Shown piece by piece: positions 1-10,315 of a stretch of 64,000 nucleotides of DNA. Source of the DNA: Candidatus Atabeyarchaeum deiterrae (GTDB lineage Archaea; Asgardarchaeota; Atabeyarchaeia; Atabeyarchaeales; Atabeyarchaeaceae); the NCBI GenBank assembly GCA_037310415.1, contig CP147780.1:288001-352000 (forward strand), written 5' to 3'. Both the position numbers and the translations under genes were made by a program. Position 1 is the first letter of the stretch; the number at the start of each line of letters is the position of its first letter. A model generated the notes under the pieces. The model ran no database searches. It was given only the letters and a program-made list of their open reading frames with translations, and was not told the origin of the DNA.

Positions 1-748
1 CGTCAGAGTATTTCCGTCCATATTTCATTTTCAACGAGGAATCATGCCAAATTAGTGTCACGATCCTGCTGCCCTTATTCATTCTTTCGCAAGTGTCAAG
101 AGTCTTTTTTACTATCTTCACCACGTCCGCTTCAGCTTTGACACCATAATTACTCTTGTATTGAAAGACTAATGCTTCCATTAATGTTATCGGAAATACT
201 ATGATTCCCTCGCTCAATGAATACCCAAAGTCATCTTCTGAAATCCGTTCCCGTTGATGTTTCACCGATGAATCATACTTGAATCCCAATTTCCTCAGGT
301 TCCGAAGAAGTTCTGCGCTTTGCAGTGTGTAATGGACTCTATTCCCAAAAACCTTAGTGCCTGCAATTTCCTCAAGTTCTTTCTTCTCCATTTCCAAAAG
401 CTCTAAGCGGTTATGAGACAGAAAGTCGGAGTGAAGCCCAACCTCCCAGCCGCCAGAAATCATGGATCTTATGTCCGACCTGTACTCATTTAAGTCATAT
501 GCTGGCGGAGGTTGCTTTGAATCTTTTACATGCGTTCTGAAGAAGAAAGTCGACTTGAATCCAAACTTTTCCTCAAGTTCCACAACTTCCGGAATGTTCT
601 GGTAGGGGTTCGCCTCGCTTAGGCTCTTCAGGACACTCTGATCGAATCGATCTTTCCGTGCTAAGATGTGAGAAACTGGAGCGCCAGCCTTCCCCCAATC
701 TACGTCATGACTTAGCAAGAGGAAAACAGAGGAATTTCTTTCCATCAT
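1..748 (-). CDS. Polysaccharide deacetylase family protein (runs off window start)
   Basis: Manual translation from ATG at 748: MMERNSSVFLLLSHDVDWG...STFFFR...WEVGLHSD...GNRVHY...YDSS...IWHD, with NodB/CE4-like motifs; not in the ORF track because it has no stop in the window. Confidence 0.75.
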   Translation of the reverse strand, partial: MMERNSSVFLLLSHDVDWGKAGAPVSHILARKDRFDQSVLKSLSEANPYQNIPEVVELEEKFGFKSTFFFRTHVKDSKQPPPAYDLNEYRSDIRSMISGGWEVGLHSDFLSHNRLELLEMEKKELEEIAGTKVFGNRVHYTLQSAELLRNLRKLGFKYDSSVKHQRERISEDDFGYSLSEGIIVFPITLMEALVFQYKSNYGVKAEADVVKIVKKTLDTCERMNKGSRIVTLIWHDSSLKMKYGRKYSD

Positions 749-1038
749 TGCGATATCAGTCCAAGGTGAACAATCAAACCGCCAAGATACATGAAACAAT
801 TTAAATATGTTTTGAAAGCAGTTAAGCCAAACCAAGATCTCTTTTACCAGGGGAGAAGTCATCTAGTGATCACACGCTTTCATTCGAGGGAAGATGCCCA
901 GAGTTCAAACTAACCCTCGCTACGACCCAACCCCCACGCAGACAGGGAAAAAGGTGAAGGCGGCTGCGCTGGTGGGTGTTCCACGCAGATATGATGTTAG
1001 GTCGTAAGAGGATAGGAAAAACGAAAAACAGCCCCTGC

Positions 1039-1764
1039 TCAGTGATTTGCTATCCGTAAGCCGAAGACGAGATCGTTGTATCCAACATAAGTCTGAAAAC
1101 CCATCTCAGTTAATTTCCGAGTTACTGCCCCCGCCGTTTTTGTACCATTCCTCTCATGATAGCATGCCACCACTACCTTGGATGTTTTTTTCAATGTCTC
1201 TGTGGCTCCTTCCAAGGCTTCAATCTCAGCACCTTCTATGTCCATTTTCATGAATCCGATATTCAATATTCCCAACTCATGTAGCACCATGCTGTCTAGT
1301 GTATCCGCTTCAATCTGTAAATGATCCGTCTGAGTTGTTAGCTTACCATTCACTTCTATGTCGTGAATCAAACTGTGTCCTTCACTACCAAGACCTAAGA
1401 ATAGTGGTAATACGCCTTTTCTGTCCCATGCAGCTCTCTCCATGATAACAACGTTGGTGAGATTCCGCAGGTTGTGGTGCAACGCCGACAGGTTTTTGGG
1501 TTCGGGTTCAATCGCTACCACTAAGCCAGCACGCTTCGCCACTGAAAGAGTGAACAGGCCTATGTTTGCACCAACGTCCAACACTACACTATTCTTCTCC
1601 ACGTGGAAATGTTCCTCATAGTTGTGTCCCAGAGTGGGTACTCTGTAACCCAGAATGCGGCTTCTGAGTCCATTCCTAATCTTGTTTTTATATTTAGTTA
1701 TTGATTGAGCCGGCTTGTGAACGAGGGTTCCGATCTTTCGTCTTCCTATCCTAGCGTTAATCAA
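1039..1764 (-). CDS. FkbM-family methyltransferase
   Basis: VLDVGANIG, IEPEPKN and KMDIEGAE motifs. Confidence 0.9.
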   Translation of the reverse strand: MINARIGRRKIGTLVHKPAQSITKYKNKIRNGLRSRILGYRVPTLGHNYEEHFHVEKNSVVLDVGANIGLFTLSVAKRAGLVVAIEPEPKNLSALHHNLRNLTNVVIMERAAWDRKGVLPLFLGLGSEGHSLIHDIEVNGKLTTQTDHLQIEADTLDSMVLHELGILNIGFMKMDIEGAEIEALEGATETLKKTSKVVVACYHERNGTKTAGAVTRKLTEMGFQTYVGYNDLVFGLRIANH

Positions 1765-1776
1765 GGGTTTTTCCTC

Positions 1777-2649
1777 CTACGTGAGAAGTTTATCTGGGTG
1801 ATCCACTTCAAAGGAGGACATGGCTTCTGACAAGGAATCTTTCTCAAATATATTCTCCCAGGTTAAACCAGCAAAAGTGTGGAATCTCCGCTTGGTTTGT
1901 GCAACGAGCCACGCGAAGCTGAGTAACCCGTATCGCAGCCAATATTTAGAATAGCTCAAGCAGGTTTGCCTATGTTCTTGGAGGAAAACGTTGAAGGGAA
2001 GACCATAGCGCAGCCAGTCACGATAATTATGGTATTCATGCTTCAACTTGACTCTGCTCGAAGAGTAGTTAGCCGCATTGACACTCGGCAACGGCCCACC
2101 TTTTTCCTCAATTTCTCTATAGTACTCCCTGTCAAAAAGGTTTCTGTCTACACGATAAAACTTCCCCGCTTTCAACATGCGTTGATAAAGTTCACTGCCA
2201 TCACATTCTTGTACAGATTGCCATCCGCCCATCCTCAGCATGAAGGATCTACGTGAAAACACCAAGTTGGCAGCGAATAAGCAGAATGGCCCAAGTTCCT
2301 TCTCCTTCTTAATGTAATAGTAAAGACATTTCAGATGGACTGGTAGGAAAAGTTGATCAGCGTCTACTCGGTCAATAACGTATTCTCCGCTACTGTTTTC
2401 CAAAGCAACTTGCCGACCTTCACCTCGATTCGTCTTCTTAACAATGAGTTTAATCACACCTTGGGAGTCAAGTGTTTTCAAGTATTGAAGTGAGCCATCC
2501 TTGGAGCAATTATCGCAGACAACGATTTCAGCGAGCCCGGAGCGTATGTTCTTAATCGAGACTTCATGAATTATACTCTCTATTGTTTTCTTTATTGTCT
2601 GCATTGAGTTGTACGCGGTCATGCACACGCTGTAGGATGATTTCGTCAT
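1777..2649 (-). CDS. Glycosyltransferase family 2
   Basis: VCMTAYN, VVCDNCSKDGS, NRGEGRQ and DAD motifs. Confidence 0.85.
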   Translation of the reverse strand: MTKSSYSVCMTAYNSMQTIKKTIESIIHEVSIKNIRSGLAEIVVCDNCSKDGSLQYLKTLDSQGVIKLIVKKTNRGEGRQVALENSSGEYVIDRVDADQLFLPVHLKCLYYYIKKEKELGPFCLFAANLVFSRRSFMLRMGGWQSVQECDGSELYQRMLKAGKFYRVDRNLFDREYYREIEEKGGPLPSVNAANYSSSRVKLKHEYHNYRDWLRYGLPFNVFLQEHRQTCLSYSKYWLRYGLLSFAWLVAQTKRRFHTFAGLTWENIFEKDSLSEAMSSFEVDHPDKLLT

Positions 2650-2664
2650 GACACACCGACCTCC

Positions 2665-3105
2665 TTATATGTCTCTTATTCTCATTTGCAGTGAACGCTT
2701 CTGAATTTCGAGGCGCGTCATGTCTTCCAAAAGCCAGTTGCGCAGCACTTCGCTTGTTGCATGTCTGAGCCTCATGTGAGCCGTGTTGATGTTATCTTGC
2801 ATTCTCCCAAGCTGTCTCTCTAATGCCTTTTTCTCAGTCATCGTTTTCACAGTGCCGAACAGTGAGTAGACCAGCAAACCTAAGCCTATTACAGCGAATC
2901 CCATTCGGCAAAGAACGGATGCTATCCTCATTTCTCTAGCCACATCTCCAAGACTTTCAGATTCATCATACTCTTCCCGACACATTATTCCGAGAACAAA
3001 CATATTATCCTTACTCTGTTGGGAATTCTCAGCCCCTACCGCCATCTCAACTCTATAAGGATCTTCCTTATGGTCAAGGATTCCAAGTACATCGCCACTA
3101 ATCAA
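2665..3105 (-). CDS. Hypothetical membrane protein (one TM segment plus coiled-coil tail)
   Basis: ORF co-oriented with and 15 nt upstream of the GT2 gene; hydrophobic GFAVIGLGLLVYSLF; start uncertain. Confidence 0.4.
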   Translation of the reverse strand: MISGDVLGILDHKEDPYRVEMAVGAENSQQSKDNMFVLGIMCREEYDESESLGDVAREMRIASVLCRMGFAVIGLGLLVYSLFGTVKTMTEKKALERQLGRMQDNINTAHMRLRHATSEVLRNWLLEDMTRLEIQKRSLQMRIRDI

Positions 3106-3444
3106 ATAACAGCAAATATGATCATGAAGGAGAGCAGGGATGAAAAATTCGCATTCAACCGATCTGTTCAGTTAATTGCATCCGTATATATGACAAGCTT
3201 AGAGGTAAACTGTTCGCGCCACTCCACTGCACTCTACGTTAGGAGCCCTAACATACGTTTCTCCAGAATCATCAGCTGTCTGGGAAACCCCTAGACAGTT
3301 GTAGCTAGTCTCTAAACGAGACCGATGCTCTATTCCTTCCTAGTAATCTCTGGATGGCTTGCCAAATATTATATAAGCGGAATTGGACACAGAACATACC
3401 TCACATTGATCTCCGCCTACAAGCGCACTCTATAGAGCAAAAGC

Positions 3445-3768
3445 ATAAAGCTGAGCATTCTGGTCGACACGAAGAACGAAGGTGACGCGACAAAACCCCG
3501 CATCGATAGAGCTCTTCGAATGTCTCCGTGTGACAAGTCATAGTGGTCCGTGGGAAATCGGGCGATGGGAGCTGAGAAGATAGTCAAGAGCTTCGGAAAT
3601 CTGTTATTTGCAGTAGAGGACAACATGGACGCGGGCTCAGCCTTTAACAACGACGTAATGAATTCGACTCGAGAAGAAATATCTAATACAAAAGGTCACA
3701 GTTCCGTATCGCATTACGCTTTCATGAAGGTACTCAACACTTCTCACGATAATTCGGACTTTGGTTAG
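3445..3768 (+). pseudogene. Degraded paralog of the GT2 gene at 6426
   Basis: With two frameshifts it reads LSILVDTKNE...DK/IVVRGKSGDG/AEKIVKSF...AGSAFNNDVMNS...HSSVSHYAF...NSDFG, versus LSVIVTTKNN...DKELVIVYGKSKDGTEEIVKSY...TGSAINTGVLNS...HSFISEDAF...NPDIG in the intact gene. Confidence 0.75.
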
Positions 3769-3876
3769 AGGGTATTCTACCTGTTTCTGACACTTGAGGA
3801 GGCGCTTACTAGTCTAAATACTTCATTGAAAACAGAAAGATTGAGCCGAATCTAGCCATGTGGCGGCGTTACGGTC

Positions 3877-6024
3877 GTGTGTATGATGCAGAAAGAAAAG
3901 GAGATTCGTGTGAGACGCGTCGGACTGGTGTCTTTTTTTGCTAATGTGTTTGCAGCGTTTACTGGGTTCGTCTTTGTCATGCTTGTAGTAAGAAGACTCA
4001 GTGTTGGCGAGCTTGGGGCTTGGTATTGGATAAGCAGGATTGTCAGCATTTCCTTATTCCCAGGTGTTTTTCTTAATTTCTGGGTAGCCCGTTTCGTTGC
4101 AAGAGACAACTCCAATTCGAAGACTGCTCTGCTTTTGAATATCCTTATTTCACTACCAGTTTCGATTGTTTACATCCTGCTAATCCCCGAACTAGCTGGT
4201 GCTGTCCAAGCTGACATCTTTCCTTTCATGTTAGCATCGATATTCATCATTCTCTACTACCTTAATTCAGCAACGAGTTCAATCTCCTCAGGAATCGCGC
4301 CTCAGAATGTTGCTTACTCTTCAATGATATTCGAAATAATAAAAATCCTGTTTGGTTTCATTTTGGTCTATACGCTCAGTCTGACACTTGTTGGGGCAAT
4401 ATCCAGCGTCGAAATTGCCCTCGCTGTCCAATTCATCGTATACATTGCATTGCTAAGGAGATTTCTTCATTCTAGCATTAGGGTAGACTCGGCGAAAAAG
4501 TGGATTTCCTACAGTTGGCTATCCGCACTGATCAACGTAAGCACAGTTTTGCTGAGCCTCGACACTATAATAGTGGTTACCACGACAAAGCTCCAAGCTC
4601 CCACAGTTCTAGCATACTTCGCTGTCTCCGTGCCTGTGAGTATGCTGTTACAAGGAGGACCTCTTTTAGCCGGCTTGTATCCCAAGTTGCTAAAGGGTGG
4701 CGGGAAAACCCACATTGAGAACACCCTCAGCTTCGCGCTATTATTCGCTATCCCCATGCTAGTAGGTATTCTTGTATTAGCAAAACCCTTCGTTTATCTC
4801 TACGGATCCGCTTACCTAATTGCAGTCCCGATGGCCCAGCTCCTTAGTATCTCAGTATTTCTAGATATTTTTTCGGCGATCGCTAGTTCGGTCCTCTTGG
4901 GAACGGTGGACGTTGATAAGGGTAAACAGAACACATGGGGCCTGATTAGAAGCAGATTGTTTTACCTTCCAATCATAGACCTCGCAATGGGATTGAGCTA
5001 CCTCGTAGTACTTTACTTTGTTCTCAATTCCTTTAATTCAGGCTTCCCGTTGACTGCTGGTCAGATTGGCGCTCTATGGACTGCCATTCTCGTATTCATT
5101 AAGTTCCTATTCATCTCATTCAAGTTCTGGTTTTCAAGAAGAGTAGCGAAGTTCAGAACGCCTTTGAAACAAATCGCGAAGTACCTTGTTGCTGCGGGCA
5201 TCATGGCAATAGTGTTATGGTATTGTTTGCCATTCATCGTCTACGGTTTGTCAATCTACCAGTTTTTCGTCTACCCCTTGGGTCTAGTTGGCATTGGCGC
5301 TGCAACCTACTTCATGGCCCTTCTTGCAATCGACAAAGAATTCAGGCGATTAGTAAAGGTCGTACTCTTTGCAGGAATCAGTCATATGTTTGATCTTAGA
5401 GAAGTCATGTTCAAGTTTGCAACCGTGATTCATTCCTATAGAATACTATGGTTGCTACCTCATGAGAGGAGTGTCAAAGCAGTTGCCTCACGAATTCGGG
5501 GCCGTCTTTTTGTTGATGTGGGAGCACATATAGGCTTCTATAGCTTCATTCTGCATAAGAATTTTGATGACATAATCGCTGTAGAGCCGCATCCTGACAA
5601 TGTCAAAGCTATTCTAAAGGGAATAAGAAACTTCAGAATCACCAATATCCAATGCGTGGCTAAAGCCCTGTCCGATGCTGAAGGGTCTTCTAAGCTGTTC
5701 TTGACCGGTGGGCAGAGTGGAGCTGCGATAGGTAGCTGGGACCGAAAAGACAATCATATGATAGTTGAAACCACCACGCTGGATACTTTATTGCGGAACC
5801 GCAACGAAGTTAGTTTGGTCAAAGTGGATGTTGAAGGTCATGAGTTTAATGTGCTCCAAGGTGCTCGCAAATCGATGAATAAGATCAAGAGTTGGATCAT
5901 CGAGCTTCACCGATTTGAAGCTAAGAATGAACTAGAAAAGTTGATGAGTTCTCAGGGTTACGCTTGCAGATGGATTGATTGTAATCACCTTTTCGCCTGG
6001 AAGGGCAGGAGAAAAACGAATTAG
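3877..6024 (+). CDS. Oligosaccharide flippase (Wzx/MOP-like) fused to a C-terminal FkbM methyltransferase
   Basis: About 500 aa of multi-TM region, then from Met at 5386 a domain with FVDVGAHIG, VEPHP and KVDVEGHE. Confidence 0.8.
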   Translation: MCMMQKEKEIRVRRVGLVSFFANVFAAFTGFVFVMLVVRRLSVGELGAWYWISRIVSISLFPGVFLNFWVARFVARDNSNSKTALLLNILISLPVSIVYILLIPELAGAVQADIFPFMLASIFIILYYLNSATSSISSGIAPQNVAYSSMIFEIIKILFGFILVYTLSLTLVGAISSVEIALAVQFIVYIALLRRFLHSSIRVDSAKKWISYSWLSALINVSTVLLSLDTIIVVTTTKLQAPTVLAYFAVSVPVSMLLQGGPLLAGLYPKLLKGGGKTHIENTLSFALLFAIPMLVGILVLAKPFVYLYGSAYLIAVPMAQLLSISVFLDIFSAIASSVLLGTVDVDKGKQNTWGLIRSRLFYLPIIDLAMGLSYLVVLYFVLNSFNSGFPLTAGQIGALWTAILVFIKFLFISFKFWFSRRVAKFRTPLKQIAKYLVAAGIMAIVLWYCLPFIVYGLSIYQFFVYPLGLVGIGAATYFMALLAIDKEFRRLVKVVLFAGISHMFDLREVMFKFATVIHSYRILWLLPHERSVKAVASRIRGRLFVDVGAHIGFYSFILHKNFDDIIAVEPHPDNVKAILKGIRNFRITNIQCVAKALSDAEGSSKLFLTGGQSGAAIGSWDRKDNHMIVETTTLDTLLRNRNEVSLVKVDVEGHEFNVLQGARKSMNKIKSWIIELHRFEAKNELEKLMSSQGYACRWIDCNHLFAWKGRRKTN

Positions 6025-6035
6025 AGCTTGCTGAA

Positions 6036-6269
6036 TCATTTCAAGTCTAGTGAGAGGTCAGAAGAGGATATCTAGTCATCTCTTTAGGGAGGTCAAAGAC
6101 GTATCTTCTTGAAGCCGACCTAAGTAGTGGCTGCAAATAGTTCTGTTGTCGCTTTTTGAGTATTTCTGTTCTCCATCATTGATGCCGGCGCAGTGGTTTA
6201 GAGACCATGTTGTTAGCAATCGACAAGGAATCCAGACGGTTAGTGAAGATCATACTCCATAGCGGGTAG
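6036..6269 (+). pseudogene. Relic copy of the flippase 3' end
   Basis: 6207-6269 encodes MLLAIDKESRRLVKIILHSG*, versus ALLAIDKEFRRLVKVVLFAG in the intact gene; DNA similarity is visible. Confidence 0.65.
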
Positions 6270-6425
6270 ATTGAACCAAAAGCATGCGGTTGACACTATG
6301 AAATCTTGAGTTGTTGTAAAATCTATAAAGATGTACCCACGCGATTCATATTATGATAATCTCATATGATATTACTATAGGAGAGACATTATTCAGCAAT
6401 CACCCTCTCCAGTATTGGTGGGAAG

Positions 6426-7346
6426 ATGCCTCAACTCAGCGTGATAGTAACCACGAAGAACAATGCGTACACTATCGGACCTTGCCTTGAGAGAATTCTG
6501 AAGGCACCTCCTAAGGACAAAGAGTTGGTTATCGTCTATGGCAAGTCCAAGGATGGCACTGAGGAAATTGTAAAGAGTTACAGGCGTAAAGCAAGAATTC
6601 TCTTTGACGATGTAAGCACGGGGTCGGCGATCAATACGGGGGTTTTGAACTCCTCTGGAAAAATAATAGTTTATGTCGAAGATCATTCATTCATATCAGA
6701 AGATGCGTTTCTGCTAATACTGAAAGCCTTCAATAGCAATCCTGACATTGGATACATTGTCTTCCACCACTATTTCCCTGAGAACGTGAAAGGACTCAGC
6801 CTAGCGCAGAAGCTAATGAATCTTTGGAGGAGTGACATTCGAAACGCCACTCTGGGGCAATTCAGAGGTTTTCGGAGAAAGACCTTCTTCGATGTTGGCG
6901 GTTTCTGGGTTTTTCCAAAAGGGGTGGACGATCTTGAATTCGCGACAAGAATGTCTGACACGAAATGGAAAATGATGGTCTTAGATACCAAGAGCTGGGA
7001 TCTGCCAAGAAGATCCCTTCGCCCAATGCTTGGTCACCAAGTCTTTACTGGCGAATCCGAATCATGCTGGTTCCATGTTTACCACAATCATCCCTATGCA
7101 AGGAAAGAGTATAGAGTGAAAAAGAATACCTCACACCCAATCACAACTATTCTATTGAACATGGTTTGGGGGCGCCTAGTGTATACCTCCATTCATGGAC
7201 TAAAAGTAGCCTTAAATAAGAGGTTTCTCTCATTCTTTCCTTTCTATGCGCTCTGCAACTGGTGCTACGTATACGGCTTCTTCAAGGCAAAACTCAGATC
7301 GTGGGGTAAGGAGAAATGGGATCCAAGAGTTCGACAGAGTTTCTGA
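6426..7346 (+). CDS. Glycosyltransferase family 2
   Basis: LSVIVTTKN, SKDGT, FRRKTFFDVGGF and DDLEF motifs. Confidence 0.85.
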   Translation: MPQLSVIVTTKNNAYTIGPCLERILKAPPKDKELVIVYGKSKDGTEEIVKSYRRKARILFDDVSTGSAINTGVLNSSGKIIVYVEDHSFISEDAFLLILKAFNSNPDIGYIVFHHYFPENVKGLSLAQKLMNLWRSDIRNATLGQFRGFRRKTFFDVGGFWVFPKGVDDLEFATRMSDTKWKMMVLDTKSWDLPRRSLRPMLGHQVFTGESESCWFHVYHNHPYARKEYRVKKNTSHPITTILLNMVWGRLVYTSIHGLKVALNKRFLSFFPFYALCNWCYVYGFFKAKLRSWGKEKWDPRVRQSF

Positions 7347-7354
7347 TTAACAAT

Positions 7355-8095
7355 ATGCGCTTCTGGAACAAGTACCCATGCGCTCCAAGCGGAAGAAAAA
7401 ACAAAGAAAAACTGAGGAAACTACAAGAGGAGCGGTACTCAACATATTACTGGCTTGAACCATTCGTAAAATTCGATGGGTGGAGTGGGCGCGATGTTTT
7501 GGAGATAGGAAGTGGAATAGGAATCGACTCCTCAACATTCTTGGGTTCCGGTGGAAGAGTTGTCTCCCTAGACCTATCATCAAACAGCCTTCGTTTAGCA
7601 AAGACCATGTTTGATGGTAATTTCATCAACGCCTCAGCTCTCAATCTAAAGAACTTGTTTAGAAGGAAATTCGACCTAGTTTACTCCTTCGGGGTCTTAC
7701 ACCATATTCCGAATATCGAGGCAGTCATTGACCAAATCCATAGAATCTTGAAGGATGGCGGAGAAATAATCATTATGTTATATAACAAGAACTCACTGAA
7801 TTACTTCAAGAAGTTTCTTGTTAACGGACTACTTAGAGGATGGCTATCAAAAAGCAAGTCTGCTAGTGAACTAATAAAAAACACTGAAAGAGGAGCATCT
7901 GACGAGTTGAGACCATACATGTCCTGTTACACAGTCAAGCAAGTCAGAAAGCTATTCTCCAAATTCCGCAACTTGAAAACGGAGATTCATCTTCTCGCTC
8001 CATCTGATTTCCCGATCTTCAAGATCCCCGGAATATTGCTAAAATCACTGGAGTCCAAGTTGGGATGGTTCATACTTGCACGGGGTATGAAATAG
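7355..8095 (+). CDS. Class I SAM-dependent methyltransferase
   Basis: VLEIGSGIG and FDLVYSFGVLHH; ATG at 7355 is the likely start (ORF is open from 7316). Confidence 0.85.
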   Translation: MRFWNKYPCAPSGRKNKEKLRKLQEERYSTYYWLEPFVKFDGWSGRDVLEIGSGIGIDSSTFLGSGGRVVSLDLSSNSLRLAKTMFDGNFINASALNLKNLFRRKFDLVYSFGVLHHIPNIEAVIDQIHRILKDGGEIIIMLYNKNSLNYFKKFLVNGLLRGWLSKSKSASELIKNTERGASDELRPYMSCYTVKQVRKLFSKFRNLKTEIHLLAPSDFPIFKIPGILLKSLESKLGWFILARGMK

Positions 8096-8200
8096 AACAA
8101 CATGTAGTTCAGGAGAAATTGCCAGACTAATAGGGGCAGCGCGAAAAAGGTTATTAAGAACGCATGAGATACTGTGAAAAAAGCTATGTGGTGAGAATGC

Positions 8201-9352
8201 TTGAGGAAGATCGGCGTTATTGGTCTTGGTAAGCTCGGGCTTTGCCTGGCTGCATTGTTTGCCAAGAAGTTCAAAGTGTGTGGGATGGACATAAGCGCTG
8301 AGAGAATCAAACAAGTATCTCGTGGAGAGGATCTTTTCGAACCCAGTCTAAATGAATATCTGGACAAGTACCGCAACAATTTATCCTTCTCTACTGATTT
8401 CGAATCTCTCAAGGACTGCGACCCAGTTTTCATTATCACACAGACTCCTTCACTAGCTAGCGGGAAATTCGATCTTCAGTATGTGGAATCTGCATTGAGG
8501 GGGGTACATGATGTCAACGGCTCCTGCCTGGCTGTCGTCTCCAGCACAATCAATGTTGGCGACGCAGGAAAACTCAAGGTCATACACGAGAAGATCGCCT
8601 ATAATCCGGAATTCATAAAACAGGGCTCGGTAATACACGACTTCGAAGATCCAAAATTAGTCTTAGTGGGAGCTTACACGAAGAGTGCAGGAGAGCTTCT
8701 TGCGAGTATTTGGAAGGAAATCCATAACAAACCAGTTTACATTGTGAAGCCCGTTGAAGCTGAGATAGTGAAGCTCTCGTTGAACGTGAGTTTTGTGCTG
8801 GGCATAACGTTCGCCAATATCATAGGAGAACTCTGTGAGAAGTTTAAAGCGGATCCAAACAGAGTTCTCGACGTGATCTATCAAGACCGGCGGAACTATA
8901 AACCCGGTCTAGGTTTTGCTGGTCCATGCTTCCCCAGAGATGTTGGTTGTTTCAGAGCAACTGCCAAGCAAGAGAATATAAGAAGCGCATATGACTTCTC
9001 GAACCTCCTTGAAGAGTTAAATCGGAAAACTGTCGAGAAGTGTGTTGACAGAGTGAAGCAGCATAAGAAGAAGAAGATCGCCATTCTAGGAGTAGCTTAC
9101 AAAAGCAATGTACCCTATATCTACGAATCCCAGCCAATTATGATCGCACGGAAACTGCTTGAAGAGAATTACGAGGTCTACATACATGACTTGCTGGCTG
9201 AGGAAAACGCCCGCCAAGAGCTCAAAGGATCCAATGTCCACTTCTGCGTTAGTGTGGAAGAGTGCATCAGGCTATCAGAATTGATCTTCATAGGGACGCC
9301 AAACTTCTCGAACGTAAAGACAAACAAGCCGATAGTTGATCCTTGGAAGTGA
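8201..9352 (+). CDS. UDP-glucose/GDP-mannose dehydrogenase family protein
   Basis: GLGKLG Rossmann motif, YNPEF, AEIVK, GFAGPCFPRD with catalytic Cys, LGVAYK. Confidence 0.9.
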   Translation: MRKIGVIGLGKLGLCLAALFAKKFKVCGMDISAERIKQVSRGEDLFEPSLNEYLDKYRNNLSFSTDFESLKDCDPVFIITQTPSLASGKFDLQYVESALRGVHDVNGSCLAVVSSTINVGDAGKLKVIHEKIAYNPEFIKQGSVIHDFEDPKLVLVGAYTKSAGELLASIWKEIHNKPVYIVKPVEAEIVKLSLNVSFVLGITFANIIGELCEKFKADPNRVLDVIYQDRRNYKPGLGFAGPCFPRDVGCFRATAKQENIRSAYDFSNLLEELNRKTVEKCVDRVKQHKKKKIAILGVAYKSNVPYIYESQPIMIARKLLEENYEVYIHDLLAEENARQELKGSNVHFCVSVEECIRLSELIFIGTPNFSNVKTNKPIVDPWK

Positions 9353-9433
9353 GGATACAACGATCTCGTCTTGGTAATAGACCTAAGGTAAGACTCTTTC
9401 CTCAAGACTCTGTCATTTCTTGTTCAATTCTGT

Positions 9434-10315
9434 ATGAGAAGAGTGAGGAACTTGCCATCTCTAAAAGGTTATCTTAGTCACTGCGTACTGATTTGCAACT
9501 GCATTATGATTGGCAACAACTTACTTGACAAGCTGAAAATCCTTCTCTATGGTATGTTAGATTCGATTCCGAGGGCGATCAGGAAAAGAAGTAGAATCAT
9601 TGAAAGCGTCATTGCGCGCTCCGCAGAAATCCTCAAAGGTGTAACTATTGAGACGAAAGGACTCAAGTATGCCTTGGTAGATGAAGATTCGTTATACTTT
9701 TTCACACCAGTTTTTGAGCCTTGGATGGAAAACTACCTCAAACCGAAAAGAGGAGATATTTTCCTAGATGTTGGAGCGCATATAGGTCGATACGCAATAC
9801 AAGTTGCCAAAAGTGTTGGTCGTGAAGGACTGGTTGTCGCCGTGGAACCTTTTCCAGGGAACTATGTAATCCTGAAACATAACATTGACCTGAATTCCTT
9901 AGATAACGTTATAACATCAAGAGTTGCCGCATGGAAAGAGGAACGTAACACGATGAAATTGTACATCGGTCCGAGACGCGGATACAACACACTCAAACAT
10001 GACACAGGTCTAGGATATGTCAATGTTAGGGGAAAACGATTAGATAACATCCTAAAAGAGCTAAGCATAAGACATTTAGATTGGATCAAGATCGATGTCG
10101 AAGGGGCAGAACACGAGGTTCTTCAAGGCCTTATGAATACGCTGCAAACAAACAGGCATGTGAGGGTTATAGCGGAAGTTGCGGAGGCTAATAGGCCTAA
10201 TGTCTTTAGTTTCATGAGACAGATGGGATACGAGGTCTTCAATATGGTAAATGCCAAGGATAACTACTATTTCAAAAAAGAGGCGAGGTCCCCAGTGGGG
10301 AAAACACATGACTGA
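9434..10315 (+). CDS. FkbM-family methyltransferase
   Basis: FLDVGAHIG, VEPFP and KIDVEGAE motifs. Confidence 0.9.
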   Translation: MRRVRNLPSLKGYLSHCVLICNCIMIGNNLLDKLKILLYGMLDSIPRAIRKRSRIIESVIARSAEILKGVTIETKGLKYALVDEDSLYFFTPVFEPWMENYLKPKRGDIFLDVGAHIGRYAIQVAKSVGREGLVVAVEPFPGNYVILKHNIDLNSLDNVITSRVAAWKEERNTMKLYIGPRRGYNTLKHDTGLGYVNVRGKRLDNILKELSIRHLDWIKIDVEGAEHEVLQGLMNTLQTNRHVRVIAEVAEANRPNVFSFMRQMGYEVFNMVNAKDNYYFKKEARSPVGKTHD

